This document shows, piece by piece, positions 9,872 through 18,305 of a stretch of 39,276 nucleotides of DNA. The position numbers were made by a program, and so were the translations under genes. Where the stretch lies: the sequence record SRR31156797_10951. One strand, 5' to 3'. Position 1 is the stretch's first letter. Each line of letters begins with the position of its first letter. Under the pieces are notes generated by a model that was given only the letters and a program-made list of their open reading frames with translations, had not been told where the DNA came from and did not search any database.

Positions 9872-10525
9872 ATGGATAAGCCTATAGATAATTTTTGGGA
9901 TCTCAATCTCAGGGAACTGAAGCAGCAGTTGACCAAGAATGGTTTTGATGTCTATTTGGCGAATTCGGCTGACGCCGCCAAAGATATTGTTATTGATGAG
10001 ATTCTACCTCAACTTAAGCCTCAAACAGTGTCATGGGGTGGATCGTTAACTTTGGCTTCCACCGGACTATATGAGTTTTTGCGTGACAGTAAAGAGTATG
10101 AATCGCTGGACACTTGGGATAAGTCCCTGTCCAATGAAGAGAAAAACGAACGTCGTCGTCAGGCGTTATTGGTGGATTGCTTTTTTTGTGGGACCAATGC
10201 CGTCACTGAAGATGGTCATCTCGTGAATCTGGATATGATCGGCAACAGGACAGGTGCCATCACTTTCGGCCCGAAGAATGTGGTCATTCTGGTGAGTCGC
10301 AATAAACTCGTTCCTGATCTCGAACGTGCTATGGACCGTGTTAAGGAATATGTTGCTCCGGTTAACACAATGCGGCTGAATATGAAGACGCCGTGCGTCA
10401 AGACCGGGTACTGTATGGATTGTGATTCTCCTCAACGTATCTGTAATGTCTGGACTATTACCGAAAAATCTTTTCCCAAGGGACGAATCAAGGTTGTTTT
10501 GATTAATGATGATCTCGGTTTTTAA
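9872..10525 (+). CDS. LUD-domain (LutC/YkgG-like) lactate utilization protein
   Basis: Motifs WGGSLT, GTNAVTEDGHLVNLDMIGNR, FGPKNV and PCVKTGYCMDC..RIC. GGAG SD before ATG 9872. Confidence 0.85.
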   Translation: MDKPIDNFWDLNLRELKQQLTKNGFDVYLANSADAAKDIVIDEILPQLKPQTVSWGGSLTLASTGLYEFLRDSKEYESLDTWDKSLSNEEKNERRRQALLVDCFFCGTNAVTEDGHLVNLDMIGNRTGAITFGPKNVVILVSRNKLVPDLERAMDRVKEYVAPVNTMRLNMKTPCVKTGYCMDCDSPQRICNVWTITEKSFPKGRIKVVLINDDLGF

Positions 10526-10602
10526 AAAAGTGTGGATAACGTGTTCGTAACCCTGTTCCTTTACTGTTCCAAATTAGGAACATTCGTCGGGAGTCGTTGG
10601 TA

Positions 10603-11349
10603 ATGGCGGGTCGTCATCTTTCCACAGATCGTACTTATCGTGATCTCGTTCAGCCTCATTCAGGCGAAATACGTTTTCAGGTTGCCATGGAGCAGACTGA
10701 TCTGCTCGTTGTTGCAGAGCGTGATTTACAAGCTGAAATCGCGGCTTTTGTCAGCAAAGTACGTGGGGACGTGAAGAATTGGATTATGTTTCACCCAGAA
10801 TTTGCAGAGAGTCTTGTGCCTCTTCCTGTCCCGGAGGATGCCCCGAATATCATTCAGGCTATGAGCAAAGCCAGTGCCGTATGCGGTGTTGGTCCCATGG
10901 CTGCCGTGGCTGGTGCGGTTGCTCAGGCTGTCGGAGATGCATTTGTTGATCGAAGTCCGAATATCCTAGTGGAAAACGGTGGTGATACCTATATGCATTC
11001 CACATGTGAGCGAGTAGTTGCCTTGTTGTCCGAACCTGAATCCGGGGCGTCCATTGGGTTGCGGCTTGAGGCCGGTGGATTCCCAACAGCTATTTGTGCT
11101 TCCAGCGGAACGATAGGCCACTCCTTAAGTCTGGGGACGGGGGACTTGGTGGCTGTACGTGCTCGTGATGCCCGATTTGCCGATGCCGCTGCCACTGCCT
11201 TGTGCAATGAGTTGCGGTCAGAGGCTGATATGAATCGTGTGCTCAAACGTGCCAAGCAGTTTGCCGAGTTTGGTCTTGAAGGCGTGTTTGCTCAATATGA
11301 TCAGAAAGTTGCTGCCTGGGGTGATCTAGAATTGGTGGCGCTGGATTAA
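10603..11349 (+). CDS. UPF0280 family protein (ApbE superfamily)
   Basis: Motifs GVGPMAAVAGAVA, VENGGD, SSGTIGHSLSLG and ADAAATA. Alternative TTG start at 10597. Confidence 0.88.
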   Translation: MAGRHLSTDRTYRDLVQPHSGEIRFQVAMEQTDLLVVAERDLQAEIAAFVSKVRGDVKNWIMFHPEFAESLVPLPVPEDAPNIIQAMSKASAVCGVGPMAAVAGAVAQAVGDAFVDRSPNILVENGGDTYMHSTCERVVALLSEPESGASIGLRLEAGGFPTAICASSGTIGHSLSLGTGDLVAVRARDARFADAAATALCNELRSEADMNRVLKRAKQFAEFGLEGVFAQYDQKVAAWGDLELVALD

Positions 11350-11885
11350 CGAAGCAACTTGCCGTAAATCCAGAGATCAGTGGTCTTGTCCCATTTTTTG
11401 ACTACGCCCTTGCGTACGCCTTCTTTGATGAATCCATTCTTGGTCAGTACTCGCTCTGAGGCTGGGTTCCAGCCGTATCCTGTGGCCGACAGTTGTTCAA
11501 TGTCGGTTTCGTTTCTCATGTATGTCACGAGAGCATTAAGAATTTCAGTAGCGATTCCCTGCCCCCAGTACTTTACTCCAAGCCAATAGCCGATGACGGC
11601 GGTGTGGCTTTGGACATCTGTTCCTCGAATAGCGCCACATCCGCCGACAAGAGTGTCGTCAAGCTGAACAGCGAATTGCCATATTCCGTTTCCCGCATCG
11701 GTATTATTGAACAGAATGTATCGTTGCGCGGCCTGGAGATCGAAGGGGTAGGGAAATTTGTATGAGGTGTTCCAGGAAATATCTCGGGTATTCGCGATGG
11801 CTGCGAGGTGTGAGGCGTCATCCACACACCATGGACGGAGAGTGCATCGTTGTGTGTGCACGGTGGTGTCGGAAAAGTTGGGCAT
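11346..11885 (-). CDS. GNAT N-acetyltransferase, RimJ/RimL family
   Basis: Motifs TQRCTLRPW, IGYWLG..YWGQGIATE and NPASERVLTKNGF..EG. Confidence 0.9.
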   Translation of the reverse strand: MPNFSDTTVHTQRCTLRPWCVDDASHLAAIANTRDISWNTSYKFPYPFDLQAAQRYILFNNTDAGNGIWQFAVQLDDTLVGGCGAIRGTDVQSHTAVIGYWLGVKYWGQGIATEILNALVTYMRNETDIEQLSATGYGWNPASERVLTKNGFIKEGVRKGVVKKWDKTTDLWIYGKLLR

Positions 11886-11899
11886 GATGAGATCGTTTG

Positions 11900-12553
11900 T
11901 TATTCTTTTTTTTGCATGACCGCGTGGAGCATTTCTCGTTCGCGAATGCGGATTATTCGGTTGTCGTTAGCGTCGCGGCCGAGAATAAGCAACCCTTGGT
12001 CTGCTAGTCCATGGATGTATTGTTCGATTTTATCCGTGGTGGTCACAAAGGTGTCGGCAAAAGTTTTGATCGTAGGGTTGTATTTCAATTCCATTTTCCC
12101 ACAGGTCGAGAAAAGGTCGAAGATGCGGACAATTCCGAGGCCGATGGAAGGGACCTTCATGGCTTTGCGAGTGGTGGTCTTGAGGCGGCTGACCAGAACA
12201 GTGATTATTGAGGCGATGACTTTGGGTGAATCATGCATGAATTCATCGAGATCATCCTTAGTCACCACGACAACTTTGGAGTCTTCGAGGGCGATGGCTG
12301 TGGCTGTGCGCACTCCATCATCAAGGAAGAGGGCCATCTCACCGAAAATCGAGATGGGGTTGAGAATGGCGAAAACTTTTTTGTGACTTTCTATTATGCC
12401 TGAAATTTCGATTTTGCCTTCTGTTAGGATATAAGCCGCATCTCCTTTGCTTCCTTCACTGAAGACTGCGTTGTGTTTGAGCACATTGCGCATCAGGTAG
12501 TTCCCTCGGGAAACCTGCTTCATCTGGACTGTCTGTTGGGTGACGATGGACAC
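11900..12553 (-). CDS. Cyclic nucleotide-binding (Crp/Fnr-like) protein
   Basis: FSEGSKGDAAYILTEG and the phosphate-binding cassette FGEMAL..RTATA, with a possible C-terminal winged helix. GTG start with GAGGAG SD. Confidence 0.85.
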   Translation of the reverse strand: MSIVTQQTVQMKQVSRGNYLMRNVLKHNAVFSEGSKGDAAYILTEGKIEISGIIESHKKVFAILNPISIFGEMALFLDDGVRTATAIALEDSKVVVVTKDDLDEFMHDSPKVIASIITVLVSRLKTTTRKAMKVPSIGLGIVRIFDLFSTCGKMELKYNPTIKTFADTFVTTTDKIEQYIHGLADQGLLILGRDANDNRIIRIREREMLHAVMQKKE

Positions 12554-12583
12554 GAAGATGCTCCTCTTTCAATGGCGTTATGT

Positions 12584-12605
12584 CGTGTTATCCCGTGTTA
12601 TCCCG
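12584..12605. repeat. 10-bp tandem direct repeat (CGTGTTATCC x2)
   Basis: Sequence cgtgttatcc-cgtgttatcc-cg, with a degenerate third copy (ggcgttatgt) 10 bp upstream. Confidence 0.8.
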
Positions 12606-12637
12606 AATTTAGGTGGTTTCGATGTTCTTCATAATAA

Positions 12638-14539
12638 TTATTCCTTAACGACCGAGTTGCGCCCGGACTCTTTGGCATTGTAAAGAGCAGCGTCGGCTCG
12701 TTTGAGAATGTTGGCAACTGTATCATTTTCTTGAATGGAAGCAACGCCTATGCTGACTGTGACAGTTAATTTTGCTTCTTCTGTAGGGATAGGGTTGTTG
12801 GCAGCAATGGAGCGAATGCGTTCCGCTACTTCCATTGCTCGCTCCTCATTTGTTTCAACAAGAATGGCGGCAAATTCTTCACCACCCAGTCGTGCGAAGA
12901 TGTCGCTTTGGCGTAGGTCCGCCCGACAGCGCAGGGCAAATGTACGCAAGACTTCATCGCCGATGGCATGTCCGTATGTGTCGTTAACGCGTTTGAAGTG
13001 ATCAAGGTCAAACATAAGTACTGCCATGGACCGTTTAAATCGTTGCGTTCTGACTATCTCATCCCGTGCAATTTGGAAAAAGGCGTGACGGTTGTATGCC
13101 CCGGTGAGTTGGTCGCGAGTGGCCATCCGTTCGAGCTTGGCCTCCAAGCGACGTTTTTCTGTCACGTCGTGGACAATGGAGTAGTGTAGTTGGCGGTTGG
13201 CCAAAGATACCGGCCCGGTGAAGACTTCAACGTGACGTTTGGTGCCGTCTTTTAATGTGTGGCAATGTTTGAAGTAGTTTCGTCGTTCGGCTGTTGCCTT
13301 TTGGAGTTCTTCATACATTTCTTGATCAGACATGCAGTCCAGATCGCGAATGGACATGGAAGTCAGTTCTTCATTGGAGTAGCCGTAGTATTGGCAGGCT
13401 GCGGGATTGACAAATTGAATGGTTGAATCCAAAGGGTCGTGGAGTAACATGACCGCCTTGTTGTCTTCAAAAAAAGCTCGATGCAGTTCGTCGCGTTCTT
13501 TGAATGCTTTTCGGGCTTCCACCTGAGCGGTTACATCTTGAAGAACGCCGTTGAAAGAGTCGTCCGGGTTGATCCTACCACTCATTTCAACCCAGATGAC
13601 TGTTCCATCTTTACGAAGCAGTCTTGTCTGGAAATTGGAAATTACGCCTGTGGCATTAAGCTCAGCCCAGAGTTTTTCCCGATCTGTGATGTCGGCATAA
13701 TGCAAATTGGCATTTTCACCACTCATTTCTTCAACCGATGAATACCCCATGATCTCGGCGATAGTTTTGTTAGCTTCTTTTATGGTCCCATCAGGTCGGA
13801 CTTGATAAATGCCGACCAATGCGTTGTCGAAGAGTTGGCGATACCGTTGTTTGCTGTCGGCCAAGGCCGCTTCTTTTTGAGAGATATGTCGTATCAAGGA
13901 GTTATGGGCTGAAATAACTTCGCCTATTTCATCATCGCTTTTCCACGAGACCTGAGCCCATTCATCGGTCCCTTCCGTAGCCCGGATGGCGTGCAATAAT
14001 TTTTTGAGAGGGGTGCCGATGGTGGAGTGGTAAGCGTAAATGCCTGCAATGCTGAAGACGAGAATGCTTAAAAAGAAGCGTACCGCTTGTCCTGTTATAT
14101 ATTGGAGGAATTGTTTTTCTGCATCGGCGTATGAATAATAGACTTCCAATCTACCGAGGTCTACTCGGCTGCCATCTGGCTGTCGTTTATAGATAGCCTG
14201 CTCTACGGTCAGGATCTCGGGATCTTCTTCAGGGAGGATTCCGTAGGTAAGGAAACTGATGTCTTTCTGGTCGAAGAGCTGTGCTCCCAGCATAGCTGGA
14301 TTGCTGGTAATTGTGCCAAGGGCACTGACCAGTTCTTCTGTCTGAAAATTCCACATGAGATCGTCAAGGATTCGACTGAGAGAGGTCGCGAAGACTTCAA
14401 CGTCAGTATCAATTTCATTTTTGATGTCATGTTGAGTGGTGTATCCGAAGAACAACATTATCAGAAGAGCCGCCGTAAGAAGTGGAGGAAGCGTTCGCGC
14501 CAGGAATTTGATGAAGAGTGAATTGGAATATGAGGACAT
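12638..14539 (-). CDS. Membrane diguanylate cyclase (TM-sensor-TM-HAMP-PAS-PAS-GGDEF)
   Basis: Two TM segments, HAMP motif DDEIGEV, two PAS domains, DLDHFKRVNDTYGH, I-site RQSD and GGEEF. Start at ATG 14539 avoids overlap with the upstream gene. Confidence 0.92.
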   Translation of the reverse strand: MSSYSNSLFIKFLARTLPPLLTAALLIMLFFGYTTQHDIKNEIDTDVEVFATSLSRILDDLMWNFQTEELVSALGTITSNPAMLGAQLFDQKDISFLTYGILPEEDPEILTVEQAIYKRQPDGSRVDLGRLEVYYSYADAEKQFLQYITGQAVRFFLSILVFSIAGIYAYHSTIGTPLKKLLHAIRATEGTDEWAQVSWKSDDEIGEVISAHNSLIRHISQKEAALADSKQRYRQLFDNALVGIYQVRPDGTIKEANKTIAEIMGYSSVEEMSGENANLHYADITDREKLWAELNATGVISNFQTRLLRKDGTVIWVEMSGRINPDDSFNGVLQDVTAQVEARKAFKERDELHRAFFEDNKAVMLLHDPLDSTIQFVNPAACQYYGYSNEELTSMSIRDLDCMSDQEMYEELQKATAERRNYFKHCHTLKDGTKRHVEVFTGPVSLANRQLHYSIVHDVTEKRRLEAKLERMATRDQLTGAYNRHAFFQIARDEIVRTQRFKRSMAVLMFDLDHFKRVNDTYGHAIGDEVLRTFALRCRADLRQSDIFARLGGEEFAAILVETNEERAMEVAERIRSIAANNPIPTEEAKLTVTVSIGVASIQENDTVANILKRADAALYNAKESGRNSVVKE

Positions 14540-14546
14540 GGCGGTT

Positions 14547-14846
14547 TTACCGTCGCTTATCTTGAACACTACGCACTTTGTCGGCGAGGCCGTTGCTGCG
14601 TCCTTTTTTGCAGTCGGCTTTGAAGTTGAGAAAGATTCGATCAGAATCGTCTTTGAGCTCTTGATAACATGCATCGACAACCGTCATGACATCTTCCCAC
14701 TCTCCTTCAATGGATGTCCCCATGGGACCGAGTTGATATGCTAGCCCGGATTGCTCAATGATGTTGAGCACACGTGCTACATATGGACTCAGACTATTAT
14801 TCCCTTTGTCCATGGGAAAAATGGAAAAATCAATGATGATGCTCAT
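14547..14846 (-). CDS. MTH1187/YqgV (UPF0045) thiamine-binding family protein
   Basis: FSIFPM..SLSPYVA..SGLAYQLGPMGTSIEGEW. AAGGA SD before ATG 14846. Confidence 0.9.
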   Translation of the reverse strand: MSIIIDFSIFPMDKGNNSLSPYVARVLNIIEQSGLAYQLGPMGTSIEGEWEDVMTVVDACYQELKDDSDRIFLNFKADCKKGRSNGLADKVRSVQDKRR

Positions 14847-14896
14847 GAAAATCCTTGAGAGTAAGAGTGAAATTTTAAAATTATCAGCATTACTAT

Positions 14897-14926
14897 AGTC
14901 TAGGTTTGGGGGTGTGTCCAAGTCAA
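14897..14926 (-). promoter_or_regulatory. Putative sigma70 promoter of the MTH1187-DGC unit
   Basis: Minus strand TTGACT-18 nt-TAGACT. Confidence 0.5.
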
Positions 14927-14992
14927 TTATATTTGGGACAATTGTGTTACGTAAAAGAAAGACTGCAGACATGGGTGAGCGTGTGTGAATGG

Positions 14993-15010
14993 TTGTGAAT
15001 TGTTGCACTT
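14993..15010. promoter_or_regulatory. Rex-like operator upstream of the hydrogenase operon
   Basis: TTGTGAA-TTGT-TGCACTT compared with the Rex consensus TTGTGAA-N4-TTCACAA; left half exact. Confidence 0.45.
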
Positions 15011-15225
15011 ATGCCCTTTGTGAATATCGAATAAATTGGCTTGCTGCTGCGGTTTTTTGGTGTTTTTTACCTCGTCGTAAGAGTGCTGTTGGAGTATGTA
15101 GCGTGCCGATTCGCTTGAAAGTTTTTTACAGTTCCCTATTGATTTTGTTTGTAAACCGCGCTACGAGATTGTTAATTAATTTTTCCGGGGGGTTATAGCA
15201 CGAACTCGGGAAAAGAGTGTTAAAA

Positions 15226-15252
15226 GTGCTACGTTTATTGAAAACGTGGCAT
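15226..15252. promoter_or_regulatory. Palindrome in the hydrogenase leader (NikR-like operator or RNA hairpin)
   Basis: GTGCTAC-N13-GTGGCAT, with extended dyad TGCTACGTTT/AAACGTGGCA. Confidence 0.45.
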
Positions 15253-15356
15253 AAAGATGGTTTAGGTCCGAGTTCGGGCGTGTGCCCGACGGTTATGCAA
15301 AGAGGATAACGGTGTTCTCACGTCATAACAGACTCATTTTATTACGGAGGTGTTCT

Positions 15357-16343
15357 ATGAAATTTTCCGTAGGTCATGGCAAGGAAGGAGCCGTGGAACG
15401 GCTGGAAAAACGCGGCGTTTCTCGCCGTGATTTCATGAAGTTCTGCGGAACCGTGGCCGCAGTGATGGGCATGGGTCCGGCTTTCGCTCCGAAAGTCGCC
15501 GAAGCTCTCACTAGTGACAACAGGCCCGACGTCGTTTGGCTGCACAACGCTGAATGTACCGGTTGTTCCGAATCCATCCTGAGGACTGTCGAGCCTTATA
15601 TCGATGCCCTCATCCTGGACTACATCTCGCTGAACTACCATGAGACTCTCATGGCAGCAGCGGGCCACGCAGCTGAAAAAGCTCTGTGGGATACCGTCGC
15701 TGGCGGCAACTTTGTTGCAGTCATCGAAGGTGGCGTGCCCACCGCTCCGGCTGGTACAGCCAACGAGCCTGGTGCACACGGCAAGGTTGGCGGGCACACA
15801 ATGCTCGAAAATACCACCAAGGTCGTTGAGGCCGCTGCCGCTACAATTACATATGGTACCTGTGCCGCCTACGGTGGCGTACAGAAAGCCGCTCCGAATC
15901 CGACTGCCGCAAAGGGCGTTGGTGAACTGTTCCCCGGCAAGGCCATCATTAACGTGCCTGGCTGCCCGCCGAACCCGTTCTCCCTGGTTGGTACAATCGT
16001 GCATTTCCTGACCAAGGGCATCCCGGAACTCGACGATGTAGGTCGTCCGGTACCCTTCTACGGTGAAACCGTGCATGACAACTGCCCCAGGCAGGAGTTC
16101 TTTGATAATGACCAGTTTGCACCTTCCTTCGGTTCCGAGGAAGCTCGCAAGGGCTGGTGTCTGCGTAAGCTCGGTTGTCGCGGTCCTGAGACCTACAACA
16201 ACTGCGCTACAGTCAAGTTCAACCAGTACAACTGGCCTGTCCAGGCCGGCCACCCCTGCATCGGCTGTTCTCAGCCTGATTTCTGGGATGGTGCTGACTG
16301 GGATGGCGAAACTCACATGTACGCTGACCTCACCGACTTCTAG
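15357..16343 (+). CDS. hynA: Periplasmic [NiFe] hydrogenase small subunit (hynA/hynB naming varies by species)
   Basis: Tat signal SRRDFMK and Fe-S ligand motifs [26 protein letters not shown] and GHPCIGC. GGAGG SD. Confidence 0.96.
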   Translation: MKFSVGHGKEGAVERLEKRGVSRRDFMKFCGTVAAVMGMGPAFAPKVAEALTSDNRPDVVWLHNAECTGCSESILRTVEPYIDALILDYISLNYHETLMAAAGHAAEKALWDTVAGGNFVAVIEGGVPTAPAGTANEPGAHGKVGGHTMLENTTKVVEAAAATITYGTCAAYGGVQKAAPNPTAAKGVGELFPGKAIINVPGCPPNPFSLVGTIVHFLTKGIPELDDVGRPVPFYGETVHDNCPRQEFFDNDQFAPSFGSEEARKGWCLRKLGCRGPETYNNCATVKFNQYNWPVQAGHPCIGCSQPDFWDGADWDGETHMYADLTDF

Positions 16344-16409
16344 TCGAAGGTTCACTACAGTTTCGCTTAACTAAAGCAGACAAGTTAGAATTCTTAAGGA
16401 GGATACAAT

Positions 16410-18128
16410 ATGTCTGGTTGCTCCCCTAAAGCCGCCCCGATGGCGCATGGGAAACACGATGTCGTAGTTGACCCGGTCACCAGGATCGAAGGTCACCTTC
16501 GCGTTGAAGCCGTGGTCGAAGACGGCAAAATCGTAGACGTCCGCAGCAGCTCCCAGCTGTTCCGCGGTCTGGAGATCATCCTGAAAGGCCGTGATCCCCG
16601 CGATGCCCAGCACTTCACCCAGCGTTCCTGCGGTGTCTGTACTTACGTGCACGCACTCGCATCCATCCGCTGTGTTGACAACGCCGTTGGCGTTGATAAA
16701 GAACTGCCCCACAATGCCACCATCATTCGTAACTTGGTGATGGCTGCGCAGTTCATGCATGATCATATCGTGCACTTCTATCATCTGCATGCTCTTGACT
16801 TCGTCGATGTCGCAGGCTGCCTGTCCGCTGACGTAGACAAGACCGCAGAAATTGCCGTTGCCGTTTCCAAGACCGTCCGTCAGGATCCGAAGATTGTCTC
16901 CAGCAAGGAAGACCTTCAGAAGACCAAAGACACCGTCAAGGGTATCGTCGACTCCGGTCGTCTCGGCATCTTCACCAACGCTTACTTCCTCGGTGGCCAT
17001 CCGGCTTACGTCCTGCCCCCCGAAGTTAACCTGTTGGCTACCAATCACTACCTGAATGCTCTGCACCTGCAGGTCAAGGCCGCTCGTGCCATGGCTGTTT
17101 TTGGTGCAAAGAACCCGCATACCCAGTTTACTGTCATGGGCGGCGTGACCTGCTACGAAGGTCTCACCGACAAGTACATCAATGACTTCCTGGCTCTGTA
17201 CTCTGATATCATGGACTTCATCCTTGATTGTTACATCCCTGATCTCATTGCTGTCGCCAGCTACTACAAAGACTGGGCTTCCATTGGTGGTACCACCAAC
17301 TTCATGAGCTTCGGTGAATATCCCGCACAGGGCGGCGAAGCCGATCTGAACTCCCGCTATGTCAAGCCGGGCGTCATCATGAACCGTGACTTCACCAACG
17401 TGCAGGACTTTGATCCTTCCATGATCGAAGAACACGTCAAGCACTCCTGGTATAAGGAAGATTCTCCGAAGCATCCTTATGCAGGTGTCACTGATCCCAT
17501 GTACACCAGCCTGGATGACAAGACCAAGTACTCCTGGATGAAGGCTCCTCGCTACAACGGCAAAGCCGTTGAGGTTGGCCCTCTGGCTACTTGCCTCGTC
17601 AACTACGGTAAAGGTCAGCCCGAATTCGTCAAGTACACCAACTTCGTACTTGAAAAGCTCGGCGTGGGCGCAGAAGCTCTGTTCTCCACTCTCGGTCGTA
17701 CCGGCGCACGCGGCATTGAATGCCTCGTAACCGCCCTCAAGACCGGTGATTGGGTCAACGACCTGAAAGAAAACGTTGCCAAGGGCAATGTCGACATCTG
17801 CAAGGATTGGGATATGCCCGCCGAAGCACAGGGTGTCGGTTACGTCAACGCTCCCCGTGGCGCTCTGAGCCATTGGATGAGCATTAAAGACAGCAAGATC
17901 GACAACTTCCAGCTCGTGGTTCCGTCCACTTGGAACCTCGGTCCCCGCTGTGACAATGACATTCCTGGTCCGACTGAAGAAGCTCTGCTGGACAACACAC
18001 CGATCGCCGATCCGGAACGTCCGGTCGAGATCCTGCGTACCGTCCACTCCTATGACCCCTGCATCGCTTGTGGCGTGCACGTCATTGACAACAAGACCGG
18101 TAACGTCAAGAAGTTCCGTATCCTGTAG
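16410..18128 (+). CDS. hynB: Periplasmic [NiFe] hydrogenase large subunit
   Basis: DPVTRIEGH, L1 motif RSCGVC and L2 motif DPCIACGVH (Cys, not Sec), plus a 15-aa cleavable C-terminal tail. Confidence 0.97.
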   Translation: MSGCSPKAAPMAHGKHDVVVDPVTRIEGHLRVEAVVEDGKIVDVRSSSQLFRGLEIILKGRDPRDAQHFTQRSCGVCTYVHALASIRCVDNAVGVDKELPHNATIIRNLVMAAQFMHDHIVHFYHLHALDFVDVAGCLSADVDKTAEIAVAVSKTVRQDPKIVSSKEDLQKTKDTVKGIVDSGRLGIFTNAYFLGGHPAYVLPPEVNLLATNHYLNALHLQVKAARAMAVFGAKNPHTQFTVMGGVTCYEGLTDKYINDFLALYSDIMDFILDCYIPDLIAVASYYKDWASIGGTTNFMSFGEYPAQGGEADLNSRYVKPGVIMNRDFTNVQDFDPSMIEEHVKHSWYKEDSPKHPYAGVTDPMYTSLDDKTKYSWMKAPRYNGKAVEVGPLATCLVNYGKGQPEFVKYTNFVLEKLGVGAEALFSTLGRTGARGIECLVTALKTGDWVNDLKENVAKGNVDICKDWDMPAEAQGVGYVNAPRGALSHWMSIKDSKIDNFQLVVPSTWNLGPRCDNDIPGPTEEALLDNTPIADPERPVEILRTVHSYDPCIACGVHVIDNKTGNVKKFRIL

Positions 18129-18153
18129 TCTCTACAGATTCGAACGCACTTAT

Positions 18154-18189
18154 AAGAGAGCTCGGCTGAGGCCGGGCTCTCTTTTTTTT
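18154..18189 (+). terminator. Intrinsic terminator of the hydrogenase operon
   Basis: AAGAGAGCTCGGC-tgag-GCCGGGCTCTCTT followed by a T-run. Confidence 0.88.
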
Positions 18190-18305
18190 GTCTGATTCTC
18201 ATTATTTAATGGTGTTTTGTGCTGAAAATGAGATGTCTTTGACGTTGTTGGAATTGACCGGCGGGATGAGCTGGGATACGGATGGGGTGCAGAGGATAGA
18301 ATGTT

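Noticed and set aside
12584-12605. GTGTTATCCC repeat resembling the start of a type I-E CRISPR repeat
   Set aside because: Only 10 bp, directly tandem, with no spacers and no cas genes.
14540-15008. N-terminal extensions of the DGC and MTH1187 ORFs shown in the ORF track
   Set aside because: They overlap a neighbouring gene or promoter DNA. Downstream ATGs have an SD or translational coupling and match family starts.
15247-15261. Sigma54-like TGGCATAAAGATGGT in the hydrogenase leader
   Set aside because: Lacks the conserved GC at -12.
15342-18080. Long antisense ORFs (337 and 569 aa) opposite the hydrogenase genes
   Set aside because: They mirror the sense codons in register. This is expected from the strong codon bias of highly expressed genes, and they carry no protein motifs.
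18053-18080. Possible selenocysteine ([NiFeSe]) hydrogenase
   Set aside because: The L2 motif is encoded GAC CCC TGC ATC GCT TGT, with no in-frame TGA.
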